This document shows positions 8,975-18,154 of a stretch of DNA of 28,952 bases, piece after piece. The notes under the pieces were generated by a model that saw nothing but the letters and a program-made list of their open reading frames with translations, made no database searches and had not been told where the DNA came from. The first letter of the stretch is position 1; each line of letters opens with the position of its first letter. This stretch comes from Candidatus Methylomirabilia bacterium (lineage in GTDB: Bacteria; Methylomirabilota; Methylomirabilia; Rokubacteriales; CSP1-6). The DNA is taken from contig JBGQEL010000049.1 of the NCBI GenBank assembly GCA_041496385.1, positions 1-28,952 on the forward strand, in the 5' to 3' direction. The translations under genes were made by a program, and so were the position numbers.

Positions 8975-9781
8975 TCAGGCCGCCGCGGGAGTCGCGAGCT
9001 TGCGGTAGCGCTGAAGTCCGAGGATCGCCGCGCCGAGGGCCGCCGTGAGGTGCGGCTCGGCCGGTACGCTGACGGTCACGCCGAGCTTCTCGCGCAGGGC
9101 GGCGATCATGCCGTCCTGGAGCGCGACGCCGCCGATCAGCGTCACCTCGCCGTCGAGCCCGACGCGCTTCAGCAGCAGCAGCGCGCGGTCGGCGAGCGAG
9201 TTGTGGATGCCGCGCAGGATGTTCTCGACGGCGACGCCCTCGGAGATGTGATTGATGATCTCCGTCTCCGCGAGGACGGCGCAGACGCTCGAGATCGCCT
9301 GCGGCTTGGCGGCCTGGACCGACATCTGGCCGATGTCGGTCAGGCGCACCTCGAGATACTTCGCCGCGCGCTCGAGAAACCCGCCGGAGCCCGCGGCGCA
9401 CTTCTCGTTCATGTGGAACTCCTTCACCTTCCCGTTGTCGCGCAGCTTGATGGCGCGCGAGCACTGCGCCCCGATGTCGAGGACGTACAGTGTCGAGGGG
9501 AAGAGCGTCGCCGCCCCGCGCGCGCCGCAGGTCAGGTCGGTGATCTGGATGTCGCGGAAGGGCACCGCGTACCGCCCGAGCCCCGTCGTCGCGAGGTAGG
9601 CGACGTCCCCGCGCGAGGCTCCGCTGTCGGCGCACGCCGCCTCGAGGACCTCGCTCGCGACCTTCTCGAAGTTGGCCTTCGTCTTGACAAGGCCCCGTCC
9701 GCGGACGCTGCCGTTCTCGTCGACCAGGACGCACTTGGTCGAGCCCGAGCCGATGTCGATGCCCGCGATCAGCATGGTCAT
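8975..9781 (-). CDS. bcrD: Benzoyl-CoA reductase ATP-binding activator subunit, BcrD-like (BcrAD/BadFG/HgdC ASKHA family)
   Basis: AGIDIGSGSTK, ATTG, VLDIGA, MNEKCAAGSGGFLE, SSVCAVLAETE (two cluster Cys) and GGVA. The VLDIGA and CAVLAET variants resemble BcrD. Confidence 0.72.
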   Translation of the reverse strand: MTMLIAGIDIGSGSTKCVLVDENGSVRGRGLVKTKANFEKVASEVLEAACADSGASRGDVAYLATTGLGRYAVPFRDIQITDLTCGARGAATLFPSTLYVLDIGAQCSRAIKLRDNGKVKEFHMNEKCAAGSGGFLERAAKYLEVRLTDIGQMSVQAAKPQAISSVCAVLAETEIINHISEGVAVENILRGIHNSLADRALLLLKRVGLDGEVTLIGGVALQDGMIAALREKLGVTVSVPAEPHLTAALGAAILGLQRYRKLATPAAA

Positions 9782-10605
9782 CAGCTCCTCGCCGCGCCGA
9801 CGGCCACGACACCGCCCTGCGCCCCCGCCCGGGCCCGCTCCAGCGCGAACAGCGCCGCGCCGATGGCCCCCATGAAGTGCCCCTCGTGGCTCACGTTGAT
9901 GGGCTTGCCCAGAACCTCCTCGAGCGCCCGCACCATGCCGACGTTCCGCGAGACCCCGCCCGTGAACGTGATCTCCTCCTCGACGCCCACGCGGCGCACG
10001 AGCGACATGGTCCGCGTCGCGATCGCCTTGTGGACGCCGCCCAGGATGTCCTCGATCGTCTTGCGCTGGGCGAGGTAGGACATGATGTCGGACTCGACGA
10101 AGACCGTGCACACGGAGGTCAGGCGGACCGGCGCCTTCGCCTGGAGCGCGAGCGGACCGATCTCGTCCAGCCCCACGCCGGTCACGTCGGCGGCCGCGGA
10201 GAGGAAGCGCCCGGTGCCCGCCGCGCACTTGTCGTTCATCGAGAAGTCCACGACCGACCCGTCCGGGCCCACCTTGATCGCCTTCGTGTCCTGGCCGCCC
10301 ATGTCGAGGACGGTCCGGCTCGCCGGAAACAGCGATTGAGCGCCGCGCGCGTGGCAGGTGATCTCGGTGATCTGGGCGTCACCGAAGGTGATCTTGTACC
10401 GTCCGTAGCCGGTGCCGACGACGTAGCCGACCGCCTCGCGCGGAAGGCCGGCGTCCTCGCACGCCTTGACGAAGGCGTTCTCGCCCGCGCGCGTGACGTT
10501 GGCGCCGGTCGCGATGAGCGAGCGGCCGACGATCGTCCGCGACTCGTCGACGATCACCGCCTTGGTCTGGGTGGAGCCGACGTCGACCCCGGCGCCGTAG
10601 ATCAT
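9781..10605 (-). CDS. bcrA: Benzoyl-CoA reductase ATP-binding activator subunit, short BcrA/BzdQ-like
   Basis: [44 protein letters not shown] and SVCTVF. At 274 aa it lacks the extra N-terminal part of Thauera BcrA. Confidence 0.68.
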   Translation of the reverse strand: MIYGAGVDVGSTQTKAVIVDESRTIVGRSLIATGANVTRAGENAFVKACEDAGLPREAVGYVVGTGYGRYKITFGDAQITEITCHARGAQSLFPASRTVLDMGGQDTKAIKVGPDGSVVDFSMNDKCAAGTGRFLSAAADVTGVGLDEIGPLALQAKAPVRLTSVCTVFVESDIMSYLAQRKTIEDILGGVHKAIATRTMSLVRRVGVEEEITFTGGVSRNVGMVRALEEVLGKPINVSHEGHFMGAIGAALFALERARAGAQGGVVAVGAARS

Positions 10606-11477
10606 GACGATCTCCTCTGGAGGGACAGATTCGTGAGGGTGACCGGCCGGAGCCGTCCGGCCGAGACGATCAAGACCGATTTCGCGCACGCCTGGCCCAG
10701 CGTCAGGGCCATCCCGGCGAGGGCGCCGGCCGGCGCCGCCAAACCCGGGAGGGCGAGGCCGAGCGCCAGCAGGAGGAGCGGCGCGACGTAGCCGCCGCCG
10801 ACGATCGCGATCGCCGCCGACCCCTCGCGCAGCATCAGCGTCGCGCTGGCGAACGCGGGCTCGCGCGACCAGGTGACGTAGCCGAGCCAGACGAGCAGGC
10901 TCAGCGCGACGAGCACCATCGCCGCACCCGTCCAGGCGGCGCCGGGCGCCCGCCCGGCCACCGTCTCGACGACGAGCGCCAGGCCGACGCCGGAGACGAG
11001 CGCCGAGGCGACGAAGACGAGCGGCATCACGGGCACGTCCCACGCGGCGATCGCCCGTGCCCGGCGCAGGATGAACCCCTGCGCGGCCGCGAACGCGACC
11101 GCGGCGACCGCGGCGCCGAGTCGCAGCGCGGCGTCCGGCGCCACGAGCTCGGCGGCCGCGAGCAGGACGAAGGCGCCTCCGAGCCAGAGCTCGCGCGACA
11201 TCCAGGAGGTCCCGGCGCGCGCCAGCACGCGCGGCCCGCGGAGGGGGCGTCCCGCCTCCGCGCCCACCGCGACGAAGCCGAGCAGCACCAGCGCCGGAGA
11301 GAGGCACGAGGCGAGCGTCAGCAGGGGCGAGGCGCCGAAGCGCGCGGTGAGCGCGGCCGCCAGATACAGTCCCGCGCCGGCGCCGCCCGCGACGAAGTTC
11401 ACGACCGCGGGCCAGCCCCAGAGCGTCTGGGGCCGCGCGGGGATCAGCTCGAGGGCGTCGCGCGCGGGAGGGATCAT
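10602..11477 (-). CDS. padD: DmsC/NrfD-type membrane anchor, PadD-like
   Basis: Highly hydrophobic, with [27 protein letters not shown] and SWMSRE motifs. It follows the Fe-S subunit with an ATGA overlap. Confidence 0.72.
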   Translation of the reverse strand: MIPPARDALELIPARPQTLWGWPAVVNFVAGGAGAGLYLAAALTARFGASPLLTLASCLSPALVLLGFVAVGAEAGRPLRGPRVLARAGTSWMSRELWLGGAFVLLAAAELVAPDAALRLGAAVAAVAFAAAQGFILRRARAIAAWDVPVMPLVFVASALVSGVGLALVVETVAGRAPGAAWTGAAMVLVALSLLVWLGYVTWSREPAFASATLMLREGSAAIAIVGGGYVAPLLLLALGLALPGLAAPAGALAGMALTLGQACAKSVLIVSAGRLRPVTLTNLSLQRRSS

Positions 11478-12115
11478 CGGTCGTCCCCCAGGTAGAAGAC
11501 CGCAGGCGCGGTGCCGAGCTCGGGCATCAGCGGAACCGCCTTGCCGTCCGCCACCATCCGGGCGACGGGGCTCGCCGGGTCGTCGAGGTCGCCGAAGACG
11601 ATCGCGCCGGCGATGCAGGCGACCGAGCACATGGGCGTCGCGTCGGGGTCGACGCCCGGCGTGAGCCCAGCGGCGAGCCCGGCGTCGACACGCTCCTTGC
11701 AGAAGGTGCACTTGGTCATGACACCGCGCCGCTCCGGTCGGGCCGTCGCCGCCTCGGAGGCCGTCGGCGCGTCGAAGTAGCCGTGCACCTCGTGGACGAG
11801 GTGGCGTGCGTGGTAGGGACACGCGACCGCGCAGTAGCCGCAGCCGACACAGACGTCGTAGGCGACGTGGACGATGCCGTCCTCACGGCGCTGCGATGCC
11901 CCGGTCGGGCACACCGGCACGCACGGCGGCTCGGCGCAGTGCATGCACTGCATCGGCAGGAACACGCGGCGCACGTTCGGGTACTCGCCGACCTCGCAAT
12001 CGGCGACGAAGCGCCACTGCGTGCCCGCGGGCAGGCCCTGCTCCTGCTTGCAGGCGATCGTGCACGTCTGGCAGCCGACGCAGCGCTTGAGGTCGATCAC
12101 CATGCCCCAGCGCAT
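11474..12115 (-). CDS. padC: 4x[4Fe-4S] electron-transfer subunit (DmsB-like), PadC-like
   Basis: [49 protein letters not shown] and KCTFC...C...C. GAGGAGG RBS. Confidence 0.85.
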   Translation of the reverse strand: MRWGMVIDLKRCVGCQTCTIACKQEQGLPAGTQWRFVADCEVGEYPNVRRVFLPMQCMHCAEPPCVPVCPTGASQRREDGIVHVAYDVCVGCGYCAVACPYHARHLVHEVHGYFDAPTASEAATARPERRGVMTKCTFCKERVDAGLAAGLTPGVDPDATPMCSVACIAGAIVFGDLDDPASPVARMVADGKAVPLMPELGTAPAVFYLGDDR

Positions 12116-12128
12116 CAGAGCCTCCTCA

Positions 12129-12198
12129 CGCTTCGGCTCGCACTGCCACCGGACCATCTCATCGCGCGCCTCACCGGCCGGACCGCTTCGGCTCGCAC
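12129..12198. repeat. 15-bp direct repeat CGCTTCGGCTCGCAC at the padB/padC junction
   Basis: Copies at 12129-12143 and 12184-12198. Confidence 0.7.
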
Positions 12199-14924
12199 AG
12201 CCGTACGGCGACGGGGACGAGGTCCGCGCCGCTGCCCGTCGCGTCCGTGAGCGCGAGGTCCATGCTCGCGACCTCGTTCAGGTTCGGCATGCCGAGGTCG
12301 CGCGCGAAGGGCGTCGCCCAGTGGCCGAACTGCTGCAACGCGACGGCGACGTCGGGACGCACACCCTCGCGGAGAATCGCCCGGCCCTGCGTCCGGCCGG
12401 TCGGCGACTCGATCTCGACGAGATCGCCGTCGCGGATCCCGAGGCGCGCCGCGGCGCCGCGGTTCAGCATCACGCCGAAGTGGCCCTTCACGTTCCGCGC
12501 GACCTCGGCCAGCAGGGGGAGCGACACGTTCGAGCCCCAGGAGTACTGCATGCTGCGGCTCGTGAGCAGCCACAGCGGGAAATCCCGCGCGTCCTTCCCG
12601 TTCGCCGCCGCCGTGCCGCGCCAGATCTCGGGGAAGTCCTTCCATTTCGGCAGCGGCTGGTACTCGTCGAGCTGGACGTCCCACCAGGTGATCCCGCGCT
12701 CGTGCAGCCGCGCCCCCAGCTCCGCGCCCATCCGCTTGATCCGCTCCTGATAGGGCAGCTCGTACCGGAGCCCCTTGGCGACCATCGTCGCGTGCAAGAA
12801 GTAATTCGCCGTCTCGAACGGGACGAAGTACGCGCCGTGCGATCGGAACCACGCGAGGTCGCGCTCGTCGGTGCCGCCCGAAATGGACCGGGTGGCGGCA
12901 CGGCACACGCGGTCCCAGATCTCGGCCGCGGCGGGCAGGCGTCCCGGCTCGAGCGAGACGTCGTATCCGGCTCCCTTGAGCGGCACCGTCGTGCCCGAGC
13001 CGCGGTTCACCGCGCCGAGATACTCGTCGAGGATCCCGACGCGCGCGGCGAGCTCGGTCGCGACGTCGGTGAGGTCGCGCGTGTCGCACGGCGACGCCGT
13101 CACCGGCTGGCGCAGCGCCCAGCCCGTGTACTGCCAGTACTGCTCGATGTACTTGGTCCCGCCGACGCGGTAGAGCTGGAGCGACTCGAGGTCCGTCGCC
13201 TCCGGGAGGAGCAGATCGGCGTACCAGTTGGTCTCGTCCTGGGTGTAGGCGAACGCGGCGACGAAGGGAAAGCGCTCGAGGCAGCGCTCGATGCGTCCCG
13301 TCTCCCAGTTCGAGATCGCCGGGTTCGTCCGGTAGATGATCCAGACGTCGGGCATCGTCGGCGCCGGCCAGTGCTCGGGCGGCTCGTCCATGAAGAGCCA
13401 CGGCAGGTGCGCGGGGCCGAGCGCCGCCGACCACGGCGAGTTGTCGGCCAGCGGCACGAGCGTCCGGTACGCGTTCCGGATGTGGGGCGAGCCGTTCCAC
13501 TTCTCGCGCGTCGTCGCGTTGAGCGGCTGCTCCATGAAGCCGTCCGGTCCCGGCTTGACGGAATCGAGCCGGTTCTGCGCCGGCCGGTTGAGCCTCACCG
13601 TCGTCCCCAGGATGCCGCCGGGCGCCTCGAGCGCTCCGACCAGGGCCGCCAGCACGGTGCGGGCCCAGCAGCACTCGTAACCGCCCCAGCCGTTCGTCAC
13701 CGTCTTCCCCAGCAGCACGGCGACGGGCCGGTGGGGATAGGTCACGCCGTCGATCTCGATCGTCGCGCCCACGCGCGCGTGCCGGAGGTAGTCCGCCGCG
13801 AGGCCGCGGATCGTCGCCGCGGGAACGTCGGCGACACCCTCCGCCCACTCGGGCGTGTACGGGCGCACGTGCTCGCGGAGCAGCGCGAACGCTGGGCGTA
13901 CCCGCTCGCTCACGCTCCGCCGGACGCCGTCGGCGCCGATCTCGACGCCCGCCGCGATGAAGGCGCCCTCCATCGCGGGCCGCAGGCACGCCGGGTCGTC
14001 GAAGGACACCGCGCGCTCGCGGTCGAGATCCCAGACCAGCGGTTTGCCGCTCTGCGGATCGCGCAGGTAGTAGCCGCCGGGGCCGACGAGGTAGGGCGAG
14101 CTGGTCATGCGCTCGAGGAACGGCACGTCGCAGACCGCCCGCCAGTCGCGCTCGATGAGGATCGCGTGAAGCAGCGCGAAGAGCACCGCGGTATCGGTCT
14201 TGGGCCGCACGGGCACCCACTCGGTCGAGCACGCGGCGGTCACCGACATGTGGGGCTCGAACTGCACCCACCGGAGGCCACGCGCCCGAGCCTCGGCGTG
14301 GCGCCAGACGCCGGTGACGCCGCCGGAGGCGTCGCCGTTATAGCCGAAGGAGAGAACGAAGTCGCAGCGCGGAACGTCCGCCGCGACCGTGAAGGCGCGG
14401 TGCCAGAACTCACCGTAGAGATGCTCCGAGTGGTAGCACTTGACGCCCTGCCCGCTGCCGATCCCCTGGTCCACCGGCCCCCATGCGGCCAGGAGCGCCG
14501 CGAACGTCCCGAGGTACGCCGGCGCGATGCCGCCCGAGCCGAACGTCACGGCCAGGCGCGGATACCCCGACGCGTCCACGAGTCCCGTGGCGCGGATTCC
14601 GCGGAGCTTCTGCGCGAGCAGGTCGAGCGCCGTGTCCCACGAGACCGGCTCCCAGCGCGGATCCTCGTGGCGCCCCTTTCTCGGATTCGTCCGCCGCAGC
14701 GGCGTCTTGATCCGCAGGGGGTTGTAGAGCTTCTGGACGAGACCGTAGGCGCGCACGCACACCTTGCCGCAGGCCGGGTGCTCGCGGGCGACGTCCGCGT
14801 TGGGCTCGATGCCGACCGCGACGCCGTCGCGGACGACGACCTTCAGGAGGTCGGGCCCCGCGACGCACTGGTAGCAGTACGTCGGGATCTTCTCGACCGC
14901 CGCCGACTGCCCGGACGTGCTCAT
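12171..14924 (-). CDS. padB: Molybdopterin (bis-MGD, DMSO reductase family) catalytic subunit, phenylacetyl-CoA:acceptor oxidoreductase PadB-like
   Basis: EKIPTYCYQCVAGPDLLKV...GKVCVRAYGLVQKLYNP, PLRRTNPRKGRHEDP, GVKCYHSEHLYGEFWHRAF and a C-terminal molydop-binding domain (LLTSRSMQY, GIRDGDLVEIES). No Tat signal. Adjacent to a phenylacetate-CoA ligase. Confidence 0.8.
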   Translation of the reverse strand: MSTSGQSAAVEKIPTYCYQCVAGPDLLKVVVRDGVAVGIEPNADVAREHPACGKVCVRAYGLVQKLYNPLRIKTPLRRTNPRKGRHEDPRWEPVSWDTALDLLAQKLRGIRATGLVDASGYPRLAVTFGSGGIAPAYLGTFAALLAAWGPVDQGIGSGQGVKCYHSEHLYGEFWHRAFTVAADVPRCDFVLSFGYNGDASGGVTGVWRHAEARARGLRWVQFEPHMSVTAACSTEWVPVRPKTDTAVLFALLHAILIERDWRAVCDVPFLERMTSSPYLVGPGGYYLRDPQSGKPLVWDLDRERAVSFDDPACLRPAMEGAFIAAGVEIGADGVRRSVSERVRPAFALLREHVRPYTPEWAEGVADVPAATIRGLAADYLRHARVGATIEIDGVTYPHRPVAVLLGKTVTNGWGGYECCWARTVLAALVGALEAPGGILGTTVRLNRPAQNRLDSVKPGPDGFMEQPLNATTREKWNGSPHIRNAYRTLVPLADNSPWSAALGPAHLPWLFMDEPPEHWPAPTMPDVWIIYRTNPAISNWETGRIERCLERFPFVAAFAYTQDETNWYADLLLPEATDLESLQLYRVGGTKYIEQYWQYTGWALRQPVTASPCDTRDLTDVATELAARVGILDEYLGAVNRGSGTTVPLKGAGYDVSLEPGRLPAAAEIWDRVCRAATRSISGGTDERDLAWFRSHGAYFVPFETANYFLHATMVAKGLRYELPYQERIKRMGAELGARLHERGITWWDVQLDEYQPLPKWKDFPEIWRGTAAANGKDARDFPLWLLTSRSMQYSWGSNVSLPLLAEVARNVKGHFGVMLNRGAAARLGIRDGDLVEIESPTGRTQGRAILREGVRPDVAVALQQFGHWATPFARDLGMPNLNEVASMDLALTDATGSGADLVPVAVRLCEPKRSGR

Positions 14925-16237
14925 CGGGTCGCCTCGGACGGCGAGGCCCCCGCCCCGCGACGTCCGGCCGCCCCCGCCGCCGTGAGCTTCTTGTGCTCGA
15001 GGGCCTCGAAGAAGGCGTCGATGCGATTCTTGAGCTGCGCCTCCGAGTAGTAGCGCGGGTCCTCGAGGTCCGACTCGACGAGCAGCGTCGGCACGCCGAG
15101 CTCGCGCGTGAAGTAGTCGCGCATGTCCCCCTGCCCCGCCGAGAAGAGGCGGCAGGACTTGATCGAGTGGATCACGAGCGCGTCGGCCTCCCACTCCTCG
15201 ACGTATCGCTTGATCTGCTGGTAGCGGGCGGTGATCGAGCGGTTCGTCAGATTCTCGCGGAGCATCTGCTCGGCGATGGACTCGAGCGGGCGCCTCGGGT
15301 CGTGGCGGAAGCCCCACTCCCAGATGCCGCCCACCGTGGAGTAGGTGGACTGGACGGCGACGGCGCCCCACTTGGCGAAGAGGTTCCGGAAGTTCTTGTA
15401 GTAGGGGTACGGCGGCGGCCCCTCGACCACCGTCCGGAAGCGCTCCTCCGAGAGGGGCCCGAGCTTCTGCGCCACCAGCCCCTCGAACTCCGCGATCGCG
15501 ACGTCGAAGAACTCCGCCGCCTCGCGCGTGCCGCGCAGCACGTTGATGGGCCCCATCATGTTGATCGAATCGAAGTACGCGTCGAACGGCGCCGGGTGGT
15601 TCTTGCAGAGGTGCTTGGCGCGGGAGTAACCCTCCTCGGCCCGCGCGGCGTGGCCGAGGATCTCGCGCAGCTCGTCGATGTCGAACTTCTTCCCGGTGAT
15701 TCCCTCGCAGAGGGTGATGAGCTCTTTGAGCTGGCCGACGACGTACTGGATGTCGCCCTGGGTCGCCTCGCCCGCGGTGCGCGCGAACGGCACGTCGAGC
15801 ATGAAGAGCTTCGAGCCCGAGATGTCGGCGAGGTGCTCGAACCACTTCACGTAGACGTTGCAGCCGACGTAGTTGCACACCGTGATCGTCGGGAACGGCA
15901 TCGGCTTGCCCGGCCCCATGCCGCCGTCGAGGAAGAGCCCGATGTCCGCCTTCACGTAGGCGCAGTTGTCGCTCGAGTAGCCGGCCTGCTCGGCCTTCAG
16001 GATCAGGGGAAGCGACTTGTGGCGGATCGCATTCTGCAGCGCCGTCACCTCCGGGAACATCGGCAGCACGTGACAGGCCCGGAGGAGCTCGACGCAGTTG
16101 CCCGAGATCATGATCGCGCCGGTGGGCACGCCCTCGGCCTCCGCCCGGCCGAGCGCGGCCATCCAGTCGGACATGAGACGGCGGGAGTGCTCGTGCACCT
16201 TGCCCTGGTACTGCCGCTCCGCCACCGCGGTCGTCAT
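14921..16237 (-). CDS. bcrB: Benzoyl-CoA reductase subunit B-like (HGD-D / 2-hydroxyacyl-CoA dehydratase family)
   Basis: AEQAGYSSDNCAYVKADIG, NYVGCNVYVKWFE, VVEGPP, IHSIKSCRLFSAGQ and ESDLEDPRYYSEAQLKNRIDAF match BcrB-type motifs. Confidence 0.8.
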   Translation of the reverse strand: MTTAVAERQYQGKVHEHSRRLMSDWMAALGRAEAEGVPTGAIMISGNCVELLRACHVLPMFPEVTALQNAIRHKSLPLILKAEQAGYSSDNCAYVKADIGLFLDGGMGPGKPMPFPTITVCNYVGCNVYVKWFEHLADISGSKLFMLDVPFARTAGEATQGDIQYVVGQLKELITLCEGITGKKFDIDELREILGHAARAEEGYSRAKHLCKNHPAPFDAYFDSINMMGPINVLRGTREAAEFFDVAIAEFEGLVAQKLGPLSEERFRTVVEGPPPYPYYKNFRNLFAKWGAVAVQSTYSTVGGIWEWGFRHDPRRPLESIAEQMLRENLTNRSITARYQQIKRYVEEWEADALVIHSIKSCRLFSAGQGDMRDYFTRELGVPTLLVESDLEDPRYYSEAQLKNRIDAFFEALEHKKLTAAGAAGRRGAGASPSEATR

Positions 16238-16251
16238 GAGATCCCCCTCGC

Positions 16252-17406
16252 CTACTCGAACAGCATCGATTCGACGAACGTCTCGATCTCGTTGCGGGTG
16301 CGCTCGAAGGTCCACATCTTTTCCTCGAACTCGACGATCATGTGCGGGATCCCCGCGCGCTCGAGCCCCTGCTTCATCAGCACGTAGTCGAAGAGCGCGG
16401 GCTCGCAGAACTTCGCGGGCGTGAAGATGACCGCCTGCGCCTTCGCGCGCCGCACCTTCTCGATGAGCCCCTCGGCGCGATGCTGCCGCGCCTCGTGGCG
16501 GACGGAGGACGGGACGGATTGGTTCACGTAGGCGGCGCCGAGCCGGTCGAACGGGTCGCCGTCCGTGGCCACGTCGTCGGTGAACCAGCGCCAGCCGAGC
16601 AGGAAGTCGTCCTCGACCACGTAGCAGCCCGCCTCCTCGAAGACCTCGAGGAGCCCGAGCGGCGGCTGCTCGCAGAACGCGCCCTCGACCACCACGCGAA
16701 GCCGATCCCGCGGGCGCGCGTCCCGCCGCGGGAGGCCGGTGAGCAACTCGTCCAGCCAGCCGATCGCCGCCTCGGGGGGCGTCAGCGTCAGCGCGCGAAG
16801 CACCACGTAGAGATCGACCGTCGAGAGCTTCTGCGGCTCGGCGATGCGAAAGGCGTAGAGCGCGCGGATCCGAGCCCGCAGTGCGTTGTAGGTCTCGATG
16901 GAGTGGGTCAGCGCCGCCTCGCTCACCTTGAGGCCGAAGGCCGGCTCGAAGGCGGCCGCGAGGCGGCGGAACTCGTTCGCCGCGTAGACGGGCACGCCCG
17001 GCGAGGTCGAGTTCTGCGGTAGGTGCAGGTACTCGACGAACGCGTCCGGAAAGTTGCGCTTCCAGATGGACCCGAGATTCCGCGCGACGTCGCAGATGTT
17101 GGAGAAGACGAAGCCGTCGATGCCCTTGACGATGTCCTGGAAGCCGAGCTCGAGGCTCGACTTGGCGATGGAGCAGACGAAGGACTGGAAGCGGGCGTCG
17201 GCGTGCGTCAGCTCGACCGACGTGCCCCCGCCCAGGAGCGCCAGGGGCAGCATCCCCGCGGCGTGGATGATCTCGGCCGGCGCCCACACGGGATACGAGG
17301 CCACGGCCCGACCGCCGAGGTGAAGCGCCTTCCACCGCTCCGCGACGGCGCCCAGGGGCTGGTTCACGAGCTCGCGACAGTGGTCGAGCACCCGGTCAGG
17401 CGTCAT
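16252..17406 (-). CDS. bcrC: Benzoyl-CoA reductase subunit C-like (HGD-D family)
   Basis: PVWAPAEIIHAAGMLP, ADARFQSFVCSIAKSSLELG, ICDVARNL, GAFCEQPP, KFCEPALFD and ETFVES. Confidence 0.8.
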   Translation of the reverse strand: MTPDRVLDHCRELVNQPLGAVAERWKALHLGGRAVASYPVWAPAEIIHAAGMLPLALLGGGTSVELTHADARFQSFVCSIAKSSLELGFQDIVKGIDGFVFSNICDVARNLGSIWKRNFPDAFVEYLHLPQNSTSPGVPVYAANEFRRLAAAFEPAFGLKVSEAALTHSIETYNALRARIRALYAFRIAEPQKLSTVDLYVVLRALTLTPPEAAIGWLDELLTGLPRRDARPRDRLRVVVEGAFCEQPPLGLLEVFEEAGCYVVEDDFLLGWRWFTDDVATDGDPFDRLGAAYVNQSVPSSVRHEARQHRAEGLIEKVRRAKAQAVIFTPAKFCEPALFDYVLMKQGLERAGIPHMIVEFEEKMWTFERTRNEIETFVESMLFE

Positions 17407-18019
17407 GCGTGCCTCCGAGGATCGCGGCCCCGGCGCTCCGGTCGGCCGAGTGCTCGAGGAACCCGTACAGGAAGAGCGCCCCGACCTCGCCCGCGAGCGT
17501 GTGTGCGTCCTCGCGCGAACGGAGGAAGGGCCGGGTGGCGATGCCGTTCAGCATCCCGAGGAGCAGGATCGTGGCCGACAAGAGCTCGTCGGCCGAGCGG
17601 GCGTGGGGGTCGAGCTCGCGCAGGATCGCGATACCGCGTCGGAGGTACTCACCGCGCTTGGCGACGATCTCCGACCGGCGCGGCTCCTGGAGCAGCTCGT
17701 AGTCGCGGTTGATGACCTTGAGTGCCGCGGCACGGCGGAAGCCGTAATCGAGGTGCGTCTGGACGAGCGCGAGGAGCTTCAGCTCGGGCGTGCGCGCCCG
17801 CGCCAGGGCCTCGTCGAGCGCGGCGAGCAGATCGTCGAGCGCCTGATCGAGAACGAGAAAGAGGAGCTCGTCCTTGCCGCCGACGTAGTGGTAGAGTCCG
17901 GCGAGCGAGAGATCCGCGGCGCGCGCGATCTCGCGGATCGACGCCTGATGGAAGCCCCGGTGCGCGAAGATATCCTGCGCCGCCTCGAGAATCGCGCCGT
18001 ACCGGTGTTCGATCGCCAC
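17396..18019 (-). CDS. TetR/AcrR-family transcriptional regulator (PaaR/PadR-like by context)
   Basis: HTH ILEAAQDIFAHRGFHQASIREIARAADLSLAGLYHYVGGKDELL. GTG start at 18019 behind GGGAGG. Overlaps bcrC by 11 nt. Confidence 0.88.
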   Translation of the reverse strand: MAIEHRYGAILEAAQDIFAHRGFHQASIREIARAADLSLAGLYHYVGGKDELLFLVLDQALDDLLAALDEALARARTPELKLLALVQTHLDYGFRRAAALKVINRDYELLQEPRRSEIVAKRGEYLRRGIAILRELDPHARSADELLSATILLLGMLNGIATRPFLRSREDAHTLAGEVGALFLYGFLEHSADRSAGAAILGGTHDA

Positions 18020-18033
18020 GCCGAACCTCCCAC

Positions 18034-18047
18034 CGAACCAGCGTTCG
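18034..18047. promoter_or_regulatory. Putative TetR operator CGAAC-N4-GTTCG
   Basis: Palindrome CGAACCAGCGTTCG immediately upstream of the TetR RBS. One mismatch to the CNAACGNNCGTTNG box I recall for Thermus PaaR. Confidence 0.6.
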
Positions 18048-18154
18048 ATTGCCCGTACGGTAAGTCGTTCGCTCGCGCGGCGACATCCGGCGAACGCCTC
18101 ATTTTCTTGAGGCATCCGACCTACGGGCGGCACACCGGAGGCTCGCGACACGGC

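Noticed and set aside
10602..14924. Respiratory DMSO, polysulfide or nitrate reductase
   Set aside because: There is no Tat signal, and the N-terminal motif and the neighbouring CoA ligase fit a PadB-like catabolic enzyme.
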